A stretch of 64,000 nucleotides of DNA from Candidatus Omnitrophota bacterium (GTDB lineage: Bacteria > Omnitrophota > Gorgyraeia > Gygaellales > Profunditerraquicolaceae): positions 76,322 through 140,321 of the forward strand of contig JAQURC010000002.1 in NCBI GenBank assembly GCA_028715785.1, read 5' to 3'. Below the pieces are notes generated by a model. The model had not been told where the DNA came from and searched no databases. It saw nothing but the letters and a program-made list of their open reading frames with translations. Each line of letters opens with the position of its first letter. Within the stretch, counting starts at the first letter, position 1. Below, piece by piece: positions 9,067 to 17,981 of this stretch. A program made the translations under genes and the position numbers.

Positions 9067-9470
9067 AAATAACCAGGAAAGTAATTAAAGAGATAGTGGA
9101 GCAGGCTAAAAAGGAGGCGCCGCTTGAGGCCTGCGGGTATCTTGGCGCCAAAGACGGTATTATTACAAAAATATACGCGTTGACCAATATCGATAAAAGT
9201 AATGAGCATTTTTCTTTTGAGCCAAAAGAACAATTCCTGGCAGTTAAAGATGCCCGCGCTCAAGGACTGGAGATTTGCGCTGTCTATCATAGCCATCCAG
9301 CCAGCCCGGCCCGGCCGTCAGAGGAGGATATAAAACTGGCATATGATCCGGATAAGAGTTACTTTATTATTTCTCTGGCCGGATCTAACGAAGAGTTACG
9401 GGCATTTTCAATAAAGAGCGGTGTTGTTACTGAAATTAATCTGGAGGTCATTGATGATCAAAGGGTATGA
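9063..9470 (+). CDS. JAMM/MPN+ metalloprotease (Mec+/HcyD-like; would cleave after Gly-Gly)
   Basis: EACGYL ... HSHPASPARPSEED JAMM motif; 135 aa; adjacent to the E1 and to the ThiS-MetY fusion. Confidence 0.75.
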   Translation: MKITRKVIKEIVEQAKKEAPLEACGYLGAKDGIITKIYALTNIDKSNEHFSFEPKEQFLAVKDARAQGLEICAVYHSHPASPARPSEEDIKLAYDPDKSYFIISLAGSNEELRAFSIKSGVVTEINLEVIDDQRV

Positions 9471-11817
9471 TTTGCCTCTTGGGTTGGATGAGGAAATCAG
9501 CCAGCTTGAAGAGCTGATACGTAAATATAGGGCAGGCGAGGTTTCGGCAACCGAACTTAAGGCGCATCGCGTGCCTTTTGGCGTATATGAACAGCGCCAG
9601 GCTGACACCTACATGGTGAGGATCAGGTGCGCCGGAGGTTTTGTTACCCCCTTACAGCTGGAAAGCGTTTCTGCCATTGCCCGGGAATACGGAGTAAACC
9701 AGCTGCATATTACCTCCCGGCAGGAGCTGCAAATTCATTATGTGAAATTGGATGATATTGTTAGCCTGATCAGGCGCTTAAAAGAGATCGGCCTTTCTAC
9801 AAGGGGAGGCGGCGGCAACACTGTGCGCAATATTGCCGCTTGCGATGACGCCGGAATTGACCCGCAGGAAGTCTTTGATGTGTCTTGGTATGTTGCGGCT
9901 TTGACCACAAGGATGATTGCCGAGGGGGATTCCTGGAATTTGCCGCGAAAATTTAAAATTGCTTTTTCCGGTTCCGCGGAGGATAAGGGGTATGCCACTC
10001 TTTCCGACCTGGGTTTTATCGCGAAAATAAAAAACGGGATAAAAGGATTCAGGGTTTACGCGGCCGGAGGCTTGGGCGCTAAATCAGCCGAGGGGAAACT
10101 TTTATTTGATTTTATTGAAGCAGGCCAGGTTTATCCAATTGCCGAGGCGCTGAAAAATGTTTTTTTCAAATTTGGCAACCGCAGGAATAAGCATGCGGCC
10201 CGCCTGCGTTTCTTATGGCAGAACCTCGGTGAAGAGGAGTTTAAGAAAAAGTTTAATCAAGAGTATGAACGGATTAAAGCCGAAGGTTTTAGGCCCTTAG
10301 ATATTGTTGAACAGGAGCAGGGGCCTGGATTTTTCTCCGGTTTACCCAAAGATAAACCTTTTGATGCCGGCGGGTTTTTATTATGGAAAACGCGCTTTGT
10401 AAGAAAGCAAAAACAGGAGGGATTATTCTCGGTATTAATCCCTATAGAGCTGGGTTTTATTTCTTGCGTAGAAGCCGCTAAACTAGGCCGGTTCCTGAAA
10501 CCCTTTGGCAGCGATATGTTGAGGATGACGCGGGACCAGAATTTCCTCATACGCAATATCCCTTTGGATTATTTAGGCGCGGCCTATAATTTCTTGAAAG
10601 AAACTATACCCGAGGCAAGCCGGCCTGCTCTCTACGGCAAAATATTATCCTGCGCCGGAGCTGCTACCTGCCAGCTTGGGATCTGCCTTTCCCGCCAGGC
10701 AGCAGGCGTTTTGATCGCTGAACTTAAAAAAAGCAATTTGGACCTGGATAAAATAGGAGATATTAAAATCAATATTTCCGGATGCCCTAATTCCTGCGGC
10801 CATCATCCGGCGGCTGATCTGGGTTTTTCGGGCAAGGCATTGAGGAATGGCGACCGGTTGTATCCGGCTTATAATGTGTTTGCCGGAGCGGTTATTGGCG
10901 ATGGCAAAACTAAGCTGGCAGAACATAGCGGCGAGATCCCTGCCAAGGCCTTGGCCCTGCTGGTAAAGGATTTTCTTAAAGGTTATCTCTCCAAGTCCGG
11001 GCAGTTTAAGGATTTTCGGGAGTATATTCACGGCGAAGGAAAAAGCGATCTAAAAGAAATCATTTCGCACTACTCTAAGGCGCCTGATTTTGATGAAGAT
11101 AAAAATTATTATTTTGACTGGGAAGCGGATACGCTTTTTTCTTTGGCCGAGCGTAAGGCAGGGGAATGTTCCGCCGGATTCTTCGATCTTTTGGAAATGG
11201 ATTTAAATAATCTAAAAAATACTCAGGCGGCGCTTGCAGCAGGCGCGCAGGATGAAGAGGAAAAAAAGAAATCACTCGGCGAGCTTGTATTTTATGCCAG
11301 CCGGGCGCTTTTGATTACCCGCGGGCTTGATGCAAAAAGCCAGGAGGAGGTGTATACGGGATTCCTCAAATATTTTATCGAAACAGGGCTGATCGATGGC
11401 TCATTTAGGGAGATCATCACTATTGCCCAGCGCGGCGATTATAAAGAGATTTTAGCAAAGCAGGCTCAGGCGCTTGAACTGGCCAAGGCAGTGCAGGCGC
11501 TGTATGAAACTATGGATAATAGCTTTAATTTTTCCCGCCCATCGGTAAATATATCGGGCGGGATCCCGCCGGAGGCGGGAAAAACGATTATATCGCCTAT
11601 CATTGTTAAAGATCTCCGCGGAGTTGCCTGTCCGCTTAATTTTGTCAAGACTAAGATCGAGCTTGCCAAGCTAAAATCCGGAGAGGCATTGGAAATTTGG
11701 CTCGATGACGGGGCTCCGATTGAGAATGTCCCCGGCTCGGTAAAAGCCGAAGGCCACAGGATTATTTCGCAGAAAAAGATCGCCAATTACTGGTCGGTAG
11801 TAATTAATAAAAAATAA
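9454..11817 (+). CDS. assimilatory sulfite (nitrite/sulfite-family) reductase hemoprotein with C-terminal TusA domain
   Basis: NiR/SiR siroheme-4Fe4S cysteine cluster (SCAGAATCQLGICLS...SGCPNSCGHHP). The C-terminal 70 aa form a canonical TusA domain (LRGVACPLNFVKTK). Starts MIKGYDL at 9454. Confidence 0.75.
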   Translation: MIKGYDLPLGLDEEISQLEELIRKYRAGEVSATELKAHRVPFGVYEQRQADTYMVRIRCAGGFVTPLQLESVSAIAREYGVNQLHITSRQELQIHYVKLDDIVSLIRRLKEIGLSTRGGGGNTVRNIAACDDAGIDPQEVFDVSWYVAALTTRMIAEGDSWNLPRKFKIAFSGSAEDKGYATLSDLGFIAKIKNGIKGFRVYAAGGLGAKSAEGKLLFDFIEAGQVYPIAEALKNVFFKFGNRRNKHAARLRFLWQNLGEEEFKKKFNQEYERIKAEGFRPLDIVEQEQGPGFFSGLPKDKPFDAGGFLLWKTRFVRKQKQEGLFSVLIPIELGFISCVEAAKLGRFLKPFGSDMLRMTRDQNFLIRNIPLDYLGAAYNFLKETIPEASRPALYGKILSCAGAATCQLGICLSRQAAGVLIAELKKSNLDLDKIGDIKINISGCPNSCGHHPAADLGFSGKALRNGDRLYPAYNVFAGAVIGDGKTKLAEHSGEIPAKALALLVKDFLKGYLSKSGQFKDFREYIHGEGKSDLKEIISHYSKAPDFDEDKNYYFDWEADTLFSLAERKAGECSAGFFDLLEMDLNNLKNTQAALAAGAQDEEEKKKSLGELVFYASRALLITRGLDAKSQEEVYTGFLKYFIETGLIDGSFREIITIAQRGDYKEILAKQAQALELAKAVQALYETMDNSFNFSRPSVNISGGIPPEAGKTIISPIIVKDLRGVACPLNFVKTKIELAKLKSGEALEIWLDDGAPIENVPGSVKAEGHRIISQKKIANYWSVVINKK

Positions 11818-11819
11818 AA

Positions 11820-13217
11820 ATGGGAAGAGCTAAAGTGTATTTAATCGGCGCCGGCCCCGGAGCCAAGGATTTGATCAGCTTAAGGGGCCGGCAGGCGCTT
11901 GAGCAGGCAGAAGTCATAATCTATGATTATCTTGTGGATAGGGAGGTGCTTGAGGATGTAAACCCGCAGGCAAAGCTGATCTGCTGCGATAAGTTAGGCA
12001 AGAGGCAGCCGCAAGAGGGATCTTTTGACTCCCAGGCTAAAGTCAACTTGGCGATGGTAAAATTTGCCAAAGGCGGAAAACTAGTGGCGCGTTTAAAAAA
12101 CGGAGACCCTTTTATTTTTGGCCGGGCGCAGGAAGAGATAGAAGCGCTTTTAAAAAATCGCATAGAATTTGAGGTTATTCCGGGAATTACCGCCTCCCAA
12201 GCTGCCGCTTGTTTTTCCGGCATACCTTTGACCAGCCGCAAAATTTCATCCAGCGTTATCTATGTCAGCGGCCAACAGGCAAAAGGAGAAAAACCGGCTA
12301 TTGATTGGAGTTCCATTGCTAAAAATGAAACTATCGTCTTATATATGGCGGTAAAAAATATCCGCCAAATAGCCGAACAGCTGATTAAAAATGGCAAGCC
12401 CGCGGATACTCCGGCGGCTGCGATTGCCCGGGCAGGAAAGATCGACCAGAGAGTTGCCATCGCTAAACTTGAGGATATCGCCGGGAGGGTTAAGAAAGAT
12501 AAGATTAGTGCGCCGGCTATTTTTATTATCGGCCCGGTTGTGCGTCTGAGCCGGAGATTGAATTGGTTTAAAAAAAATAAGCGTATTTTGTTTACGGGGC
12601 TTTCGGCAAGACGGTTTTTTTTAAAAGGAAATTATTTCCATTTGCCGATGATTAAGATTGCCCCTGCCGGTAATTATGCGGATTTTGACAGGCAGATTAA
12701 GGCAATCCGGAGTTTTGACTGGATAATTTTTACCAGCCGTTATGCTGTGCAGTATTTTTTCCAGCGCCTGGATAAAATCGGCCTGGATGCGCGTTCACTG
12801 CAGAATATTAAAATTGCGGCAATCGGAGCTTCTACGGCCGCCAGGCTTAGGGGCTTGGGGATTATTGCGGATTTAATTCCCAAAGTTGAGAGATCAAAAG
12901 GCCTGCTTGGCGCCTTAAAAAGGATTCCCTTAACAGGCAGAAGGATTTTTTTGCCTCATTCCGATATTTCGGACAAAGGATTGGCAAAAGGATTAAAGAG
13001 TCTGGGCGCCAGAGTTACCGCTTCTGTTGCCTATAGAAATATCATGCCTGAAAAACTTCCTGACTTTGCTGTGGATACATTTGACGAAATAGTTTTTACC
13101 AGCCCATCCTGCGTGCGTAATTTCGTTAAACGTTACGGGAAACCGCCAAAAAAAGTGGCTATAAAGTGCATAGGGGATGTTACCCTTGCCCAGGCTAAAA
13201 AGTTACGTTTATTATAA
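11820..13217 (+). CDS. uroporphyrinogen-III C-methyltransferase (CobA) fused to uroporphyrinogen-III synthase (HemD)
   Basis: The N-terminal half has the SAM-dependent MTase VYLIGAGPGAKDLISLRG motif. The C-terminal half is a HemD-like fold. A known cobA-hemD fusion architecture. Confidence 0.75.
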   Translation: MGRAKVYLIGAGPGAKDLISLRGRQALEQAEVIIYDYLVDREVLEDVNPQAKLICCDKLGKRQPQEGSFDSQAKVNLAMVKFAKGGKLVARLKNGDPFIFGRAQEEIEALLKNRIEFEVIPGITASQAAACFSGIPLTSRKISSSVIYVSGQQAKGEKPAIDWSSIAKNETIVLYMAVKNIRQIAEQLIKNGKPADTPAAAIARAGKIDQRVAIAKLEDIAGRVKKDKISAPAIFIIGPVVRLSRRLNWFKKNKRILFTGLSARRFFLKGNYFHLPMIKIAPAGNYADFDRQIKAIRSFDWIIFTSRYAVQYFFQRLDKIGLDARSLQNIKIAAIGASTAARLRGLGIIADLIPKVERSKGLLGALKRIPLTGRRIFLPHSDISDKGLAKGLKSLGARVTASVAYRNIMPEKLPDFAVDTFDEIVFTSPSCVRNFVKRYGKPPKKVAIKCIGDVTLAQAKKLRLL

Positions 13218-13219
13218 AA

Positions 13220-14152
13220 ATGCAAAACCTGTCTTCCAAAAACCTGATTATGCCGTATTTTGTTATTGAAGGGCGCAATAAAAAAGAACCTGTTGCCAAT
13301 ATGCCGGGTATTTCCAGGCTGACTGTTGATAATCTGTTAAAAGAAGTATCAGAGTCAAAGCAGCTGGGTGTATCCAAAGCGCTTCTTTTTGGAGTCTGCC
13401 CTCGGCACTATAAAAATGAACTGGCAAATTATGCCTATGCCAAAAACAATATCGTATCCAGGGCAGTGGCAGAATTAAAGCGCAAGATAAAAGGCTTATC
13501 TGTCATTACCGACGTATGCCTTTGCGCCTACACTTCGCACGGCCATTGCGCCATCCTTGATAAAAAAAATAAAATAGACGGCAAGAAAACTCTGGAGGCG
13601 CTTTCTAAAATTGCCCTTTCCCATGCTGCCAGCGGAGCAGATTGGGTTGCCCCTTCGGCAATGGCTAAAAAACAAGTTTTGGCGATAAGGGAAGCATTGG
13701 ATAAAAACGGATTTTCTAATGTGAAGATTATGGGCTATTCGGCTAAATTCGCCTCGAACTTTTACGGCCCATTCCGCGACGCGGCGGATTCGGCCCCTAA
13801 ATTCGGAGACAGAAAGGCTTATCAATTGGATTATAGCGACGCAAAAAAGGCGTTAAAGGAAATAGGGGATGATATCCGGGAAGGCGCGGATATGGTCATG
13901 GTTAAGCCGGCGCTAAGCTACCTGGATATTGTTAAAGAAGCAAAACAGAAATTTAATTATCCGCTGGCCGCTTATAATGTCAGCGGAGAGTATGTCTTGG
14001 TAAAAATGGGAGCTGGTATCGGGCTTTGGCAGGAGAAGAAAATTGTTTTTGAAATCACTGCTTCTATAAAACGCGCCGGAGCCGATTATATCATTACCTA
14101 CCACGCAAAGGACATTGCGCGATGGATAAAACAAAAGAATTATTTAACCTAG
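13220..14152 (+). CDS. hemB: porphobilinogen synthase (delta-aminolevulinate dehydratase)
   Basis: 310 aa with conserved HemB blocks (DVCLCAYTSHGHC metal-binding, active-site Lys region MVKPA). Confidence 0.85.
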   Translation: MQNLSSKNLIMPYFVIEGRNKKEPVANMPGISRLTVDNLLKEVSESKQLGVSKALLFGVCPRHYKNELANYAYAKNNIVSRAVAELKRKIKGLSVITDVCLCAYTSHGHCAILDKKNKIDGKKTLEALSKIALSHAASGADWVAPSAMAKKQVLAIREALDKNGFSNVKIMGYSAKFASNFYGPFRDAADSAPKFGDRKAYQLDYSDAKKALKEIGDDIREGADMVMVKPALSYLDIVKEAKQKFNYPLAAYNVSGEYVLVKMGAGIGLWQEKKIVFEITASIKRAGADYIITYHAKDIARWIKQKNYLT

Positions 14153-15381
14153 CCAGGCGTTATTTAGTCGGCGGCGTAGACAGCCCGGTGCGCAGCTTTA
14201 AGTATGCAGGCGGCCGCCCGCTGCTGCTTAAGTCCGGCAGAGGCGCTAAGGTATTTGATTATAATAATAAAGAATACCTGGATTATGTCCTTTCCTGGGG
14301 CGCGGCAATCTTAGGGCATGCTCATCCGGCTGTGCTTAAAACCATTAAGCAAAAATTAGGATTGGGTTTAGGTTTTGGCACAACTAACCAAGCTGAAATC
14401 GAGTTAGCGCAGGAGATTGCCCGGGCGATTCCTCTTATTGAGAAAATACGTTTTGTCAATTCCGGGACTGAAGCAGTGATGGGAGCAATAAGGCTGGCCC
14501 GTGCCTATACGGGAAGAGATAAAATCATAAAGTTTGCGGATTCTTACCATGGCCACGCGGATTATCTTTTGGTTAAGGCCGGCTCCGGGCTGGCAACTTT
14601 GGGGATTCCGGCAAGCGCTGGAGTGCCGAAAGATTTTATTAAGCATACACTGGTAGTTCCCTTTGGCGATGAAGAAGCGCTTGAGAAAGTATTTAAAAAA
14701 TATAAAAATGAAATCGCCGCGGTTTTGCTTGAGCCAGTAGGCGCAAATTACGGTGTTTTACCGGCAGATACCGGATTTTTGAAGAGAGTAAGGAGCCTGA
14801 CCAGAAAATATAACTCTTTACTGATCTGCGATGAAATAATTACCGGATTTCGTTTTAGATTCGGGGCAGCTTCCCATGATTTCGGGATTATTCCGGATTT
14901 AATCTGCTTGGGAAAGATTATCGGAGGAGGTTTGCCTATCGGGGCTTATGGCGGAAGCGCAAAAATCATGAATAACTTAGCTCCTTTGGGGAAGGTTTAT
15001 CAAGCTTCTACTTTTGCCGGTAATCCTGTTGTCATGCAGGCAGGCCTGGCTGCGCTTAAAATACTTAAAAATTTAAGCGACGGCTATCTGCGGATTAAGG
15101 ATTTAACCGAATATTTGTGCGCCAATTTAAAGGAAGCGGCGTTGGCTTCCGGAGTGGATTTAGAAATAAATTACTATGAGAGCATGTTCAGTTTGAAATT
15201 TAAATCAAGGTTTGAGTTTAGCAAATTTTACAGGCCAATGCTTGATAAGGGCGTATTTTTTGCGCCTTCGGAGTTTGAAGCGAACTTTTTATCTTTTGCC
15301 CACACAAAGAGTGATGTGGATAAAACTTTATATGCCGCAAAAGAGATTTTTAAAAAACTAGAAAAAAGACTTGACAAATAA
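14122..15381 (+). CDS. hemL: glutamate-1-semialdehyde 2,1-aminomutase
   Basis: 419 aa class-III aminotransferase (DSPVRSF, LICDEIITGFR, NSGTEA). Confidence 0.85.
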   Translation: MDKTKELFNLARRYLVGGVDSPVRSFKYAGGRPLLLKSGRGAKVFDYNNKEYLDYVLSWGAAILGHAHPAVLKTIKQKLGLGLGFGTTNQAEIELAQEIARAIPLIEKIRFVNSGTEAVMGAIRLARAYTGRDKIIKFADSYHGHADYLLVKAGSGLATLGIPASAGVPKDFIKHTLVVPFGDEEALEKVFKKYKNEIAAVLLEPVGANYGVLPADTGFLKRVRSLTRKYNSLLICDEIITGFRFRFGAASHDFGIIPDLICLGKIIGGGLPIGAYGGSAKIMNNLAPLGKVYQASTFAGNPVVMQAGLAALKILKNLSDGYLRIKDLTEYLCANLKEAALASGVDLEINYYESMFSLKFKSRFEFSKFYRPMLDKGVFFAPSEFEANFLSFAHTKSDVDKTLYAAKEIFKKLEKRLDK

Positions 15382-15440
15382 TTTTTTTCTGTTAAACTCC
15401 TTATTGTCAATTGAGAATATAGAGAATAGGTGAAATTCAG

Positions 15441-15902
15441 ATGAAGATATCAAAAAAAGGTGAATACGCATTAAAAGCGCTGATCGAGTTAGCAATTAAT
15501 TACGATAAGGGAGTAGATGTGACATTAATTAATGAGATTGCTAACCAGGAAAATATTCCCCCGAGATATTTAGAGCAGATTCTTCTTAGGCTTAAAAATG
15601 CCGGGATATTGGTAAGTAAGCGCGGGGTAGGCGGTGGATATTCTTTAAGCAAGGCCCCGGAAAATATAAGCCTGGGAGAAATAATAAGAATAGTAGAAGG
15701 CCCTTTGGCGCCTTTGGATTGCGTAAGCGTAAGCCGGCATGTAGATTGTTCCGAGCAATCGCGTTGCGGCATATATAGTGTTATGCATGAGGTCAGAGAC
15801 GCGATTGCAAATATCCTGGATAATATTTCATTAAAAGATGTGGCAAAAAGAACCCTTGATTTAAGAGAGAAGAACCAGCTTGTTTTGAGTTACGCTATAT
15901 AA
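15441..15902 (+). CDS. Rrf2-family transcriptional regulator (IscR/CymR-like)
   Basis: 153 aa; wHTH EIANQENIPPRYLEQILLRLKNAGILVSKRGVGGGYSL; three C-terminal Cys (C-x5-C-x5-C) consistent with an Fe-S sensing Rrf2 protein. Confidence 0.75.
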   Translation: MKISKKGEYALKALIELAINYDKGVDVTLINEIANQENIPPRYLEQILLRLKNAGILVSKRGVGGGYSLSKAPENISLGEIIRIVEGPLAPLDCVSVSRHVDCSEQSRCGIYSVMHEVRDAIANILDNISLKDVAKRTLDLREKNQLVLSYAI

Positions 15903-15985
15903 ATATAATTTTGTAGGACGGGACAACCCGCTACCAAGTAATAAGCAAAACGGTTAGTGGGTTTTTTGTTATTAAGGAGAGGGTA

Positions 15986-16177
15986 ATGAGTTTAAGGCAA
16001 AATCAGAGAAGCATTGTAAATGAGGCAATCATAAAAGAAATAATCGAAGCGTTGAATAGCTTAAAATACGGGTACGTTCAAATAACCGTGCATAATTCAA
16101 GGGTAGTCCAAATAGATAAGACAGAAAAGACGCGTTTGGATGATATCTGGCGCCTAGAGAATGGCGCAGGGATTTAG
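15986..16177 (+). CDS. small DUF2292 (YezD-like) protein
   Basis: 63 aa; YGYVQITVHNSRVVQIDKTEKTRL matches my recollection of the DUF2292 signature (VQDGRVVQIEKTEK). Confidence is limited. Confidence 0.4.
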   Translation: MSLRQNQRSIVNEAIIKEIIEALNSLKYGYVQITVHNSRVVQIDKTEKTRLDDIWRLENGAGI

Positions 16178-16216
16178 CAGTAATTGATCTAAGAATATTA
16201 AGCTGACCGGTCAACT

Positions 16217-16273
16217 GGAGGCTAAGAATACATCCTGGAATCGCAGGATGAGTTTTTAGCCTCCTTTATTTTC
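16217..16273 (+). terminator. compound hairpin followed by T-tract (intrinsic terminator)
   Basis: GGAGGCTAA ... TTAGCCTCC stem enclosing a CATCCTG-gaatcg-CAGGATG hairpin, then TTTATTTTC. Confidence 0.45.
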
Positions 16274-16285
16274 AAGGAGTTGGAT

Positions 16286-16552
16286 GTGGAGTATAAAACT
16301 GTAACCGTGGAAAATCCTAATGGAATTCACTTAAGGCCTGCGGCAAAGATAGTGAATATTTCTAAAAAATATAATTCAAGGATTTCGCTATCCTGCAAAA
16401 ACTGCCCTTTTGTGGATGCGGACTCAATTATGCAATTGCTGCTTCTCCAGGCGACAAAAGGAGCGCAAGTTACGGTTAAAGCTGAAGGGCCGGATGAGAA
16501 AGAGGCGGTAAAAGAGATAACGCATTTTTTTACTGACGGGGCGGGGATATGA
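16286..16552 (+). CDS. HPr-family phosphocarrier protein
   Basis: NGIHLRPAAKIV active-site His region; about 88 aa. Probable GTG start, 9 nt after AAGGAG. Confidence 0.6.
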   Translation: MEYKTVTVENPNGIHLRPAAKIVNISKKYNSRISLSCKNCPFVDADSIMQLLLLQATKGAQVTVKAEGPDEKEAVKEITHFFTDGAGI

Positions 16553-16586
16553 GTTGTGGGGAGATATTGAAACAAGGAGGATATTA

Positions 16587-17966
16587 ATGATAAAGATATT
16601 TAGGATTTTAGCCATAGGCGTGTTTCTTTTTGTAAACTTTAATTCTCTGCTATTTGCCGCTGAACTTGAAGATTTAAAAAGCGAAGTTCAGGTATTGCGG
16701 GAGGAAGTTAAAAGCTTAAGGGAGGAATTAAGGGCTGTTAAGAAAGAGCAGCCTGTGGCAGCGGCGCAAAAAGAAACAGTTACGCAGGTGGATTTACAAG
16801 GTGTAAGAACCGAGGTAGAAACCTTGCGTGACCAATGGCAAAGGACGCTGGATAAAAAGACCGCTCAGACGACAAGATCCCTTACTTTTGGCGGGACTGT
16901 TGCGACCAGATATACGCAAACCAGAGATGAAACTACAAAAAGCGGCTTTAGCCTTAGTTCGCTTATCCTCAGCTTCAAGGGAAACTTAAGAAGGGATTAT
17001 GAATTAGGAAGGAATCTTGATTATGCATTTAGCCTATCCAGCGATACAACTGATAATTACAGGGTAAAGCCGCTCGATGCCTACCTTACTTATTCACCTT
17101 TGCCTTCTCTCGACCTTGAAAAACCACGTCTTACTCTGGCTCTTGGCCAACAGAAGAAACCTTTTGGCCGCGATCCTCAGACCACTGAAGAATATAAGCC
17201 TACGCTTAGGAGCGCGCAATTTGATACAAATTTAGGCCTGGGCACGCGCGATATCGGTTTTATTGCGAAGGGAGATTTATTTCCCATTGTTGATTATGGG
17301 TTTAATTACCGGGCGCCTTTGTTTGAGTATGCTGTTGGGGTAATTAACGGTGCTGGCCCAAACACGACCGATAATAATAATCAAAAAGATTTTGTGGGAA
17401 GGATTGGCATTAATGCTCCAGTAGAATACAATTCCATCTTTAGGGGGCTTTCTGCCGGGATTTCAGGGTGGACTGGGCAAAAGAGCCTAAGCTTAGGCTC
17501 AGGTGCTACCGCAATTACTCGCCGGGGCCATAAAAATAGATGGGGTTATGATCTGGCTTATAACCGTACGCCTATCGGAGTAACAGCGGAATATGCTCAA
17601 GGCACGGATGCGACTCTCTCGGGCAGCGTAGCAAATCCTGTTTTGGGCGCTGTTAAGAGTGATGGTTATGCCGCTACCGTATTCTATAATTTCGGGCAGC
17701 AGTTTGTAAAAGGATTTAAGGGGCAGAATAGATATGATGATTGGTATCCTTTAACTTATCAGCCGTTCGTGAGATTTGATAGCTGGGATCCCAATACGCA
17801 TCTTGGTAATGACCGGATTAATGTGACAACTTTAGGTTTTAACTGGTTTTTTGCCGAGACCACGAAACTGCAATTCAACTATAACATTGTCAAAAAACAA
17901 GATAAATCCGGTTCCAATGGAAGCGGCTATAACGAATTCCTAGCCCAATTCCAGTATGGATTTTAA
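16587..17966 (+). CDS. outer-membrane porin (OprO/OprP-like) with N-terminal coiled coil
   Basis: Signal peptide MIKIFRILAIGVFLFVNFNSLLFAA, a coiled coil (ELEDLKSEVQVLREEVKSLREELRAVKKE), a beta-rich body and a C-terminal ...QFQYGF. Directly upstream of the Ssu-type importer. Confidence 0.5.
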   Translation: MIKIFRILAIGVFLFVNFNSLLFAAELEDLKSEVQVLREEVKSLREELRAVKKEQPVAAAQKETVTQVDLQGVRTEVETLRDQWQRTLDKKTAQTTRSLTFGGTVATRYTQTRDETTKSGFSLSSLILSFKGNLRRDYELGRNLDYAFSLSSDTTDNYRVKPLDAYLTYSPLPSLDLEKPRLTLALGQQKKPFGRDPQTTEEYKPTLRSAQFDTNLGLGTRDIGFIAKGDLFPIVDYGFNYRAPLFEYAVGVINGAGPNTTDNNNQKDFVGRIGINAPVEYNSIFRGLSAGISGWTGQKSLSLGSGATAITRRGHKNRWGYDLAYNRTPIGVTAEYAQGTDATLSGSVANPVLGAVKSDGYAATVFYNFGQQFVKGFKGQNRYDDWYPLTYQPFVRFDSWDPNTHLGNDRINVTTLGFNWFFAETTKLQFNYNIVKKQDKSGSNGSGYNEFLAQFQYGF

Positions 17967-17981
17967 AGAGAGGAGGACAAA

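Noticed and set aside
8766-9296. 176-aa minus-strand ORF
   Set aside because: Antisense to the well-supported E1 and JAMM genes; no motifs.
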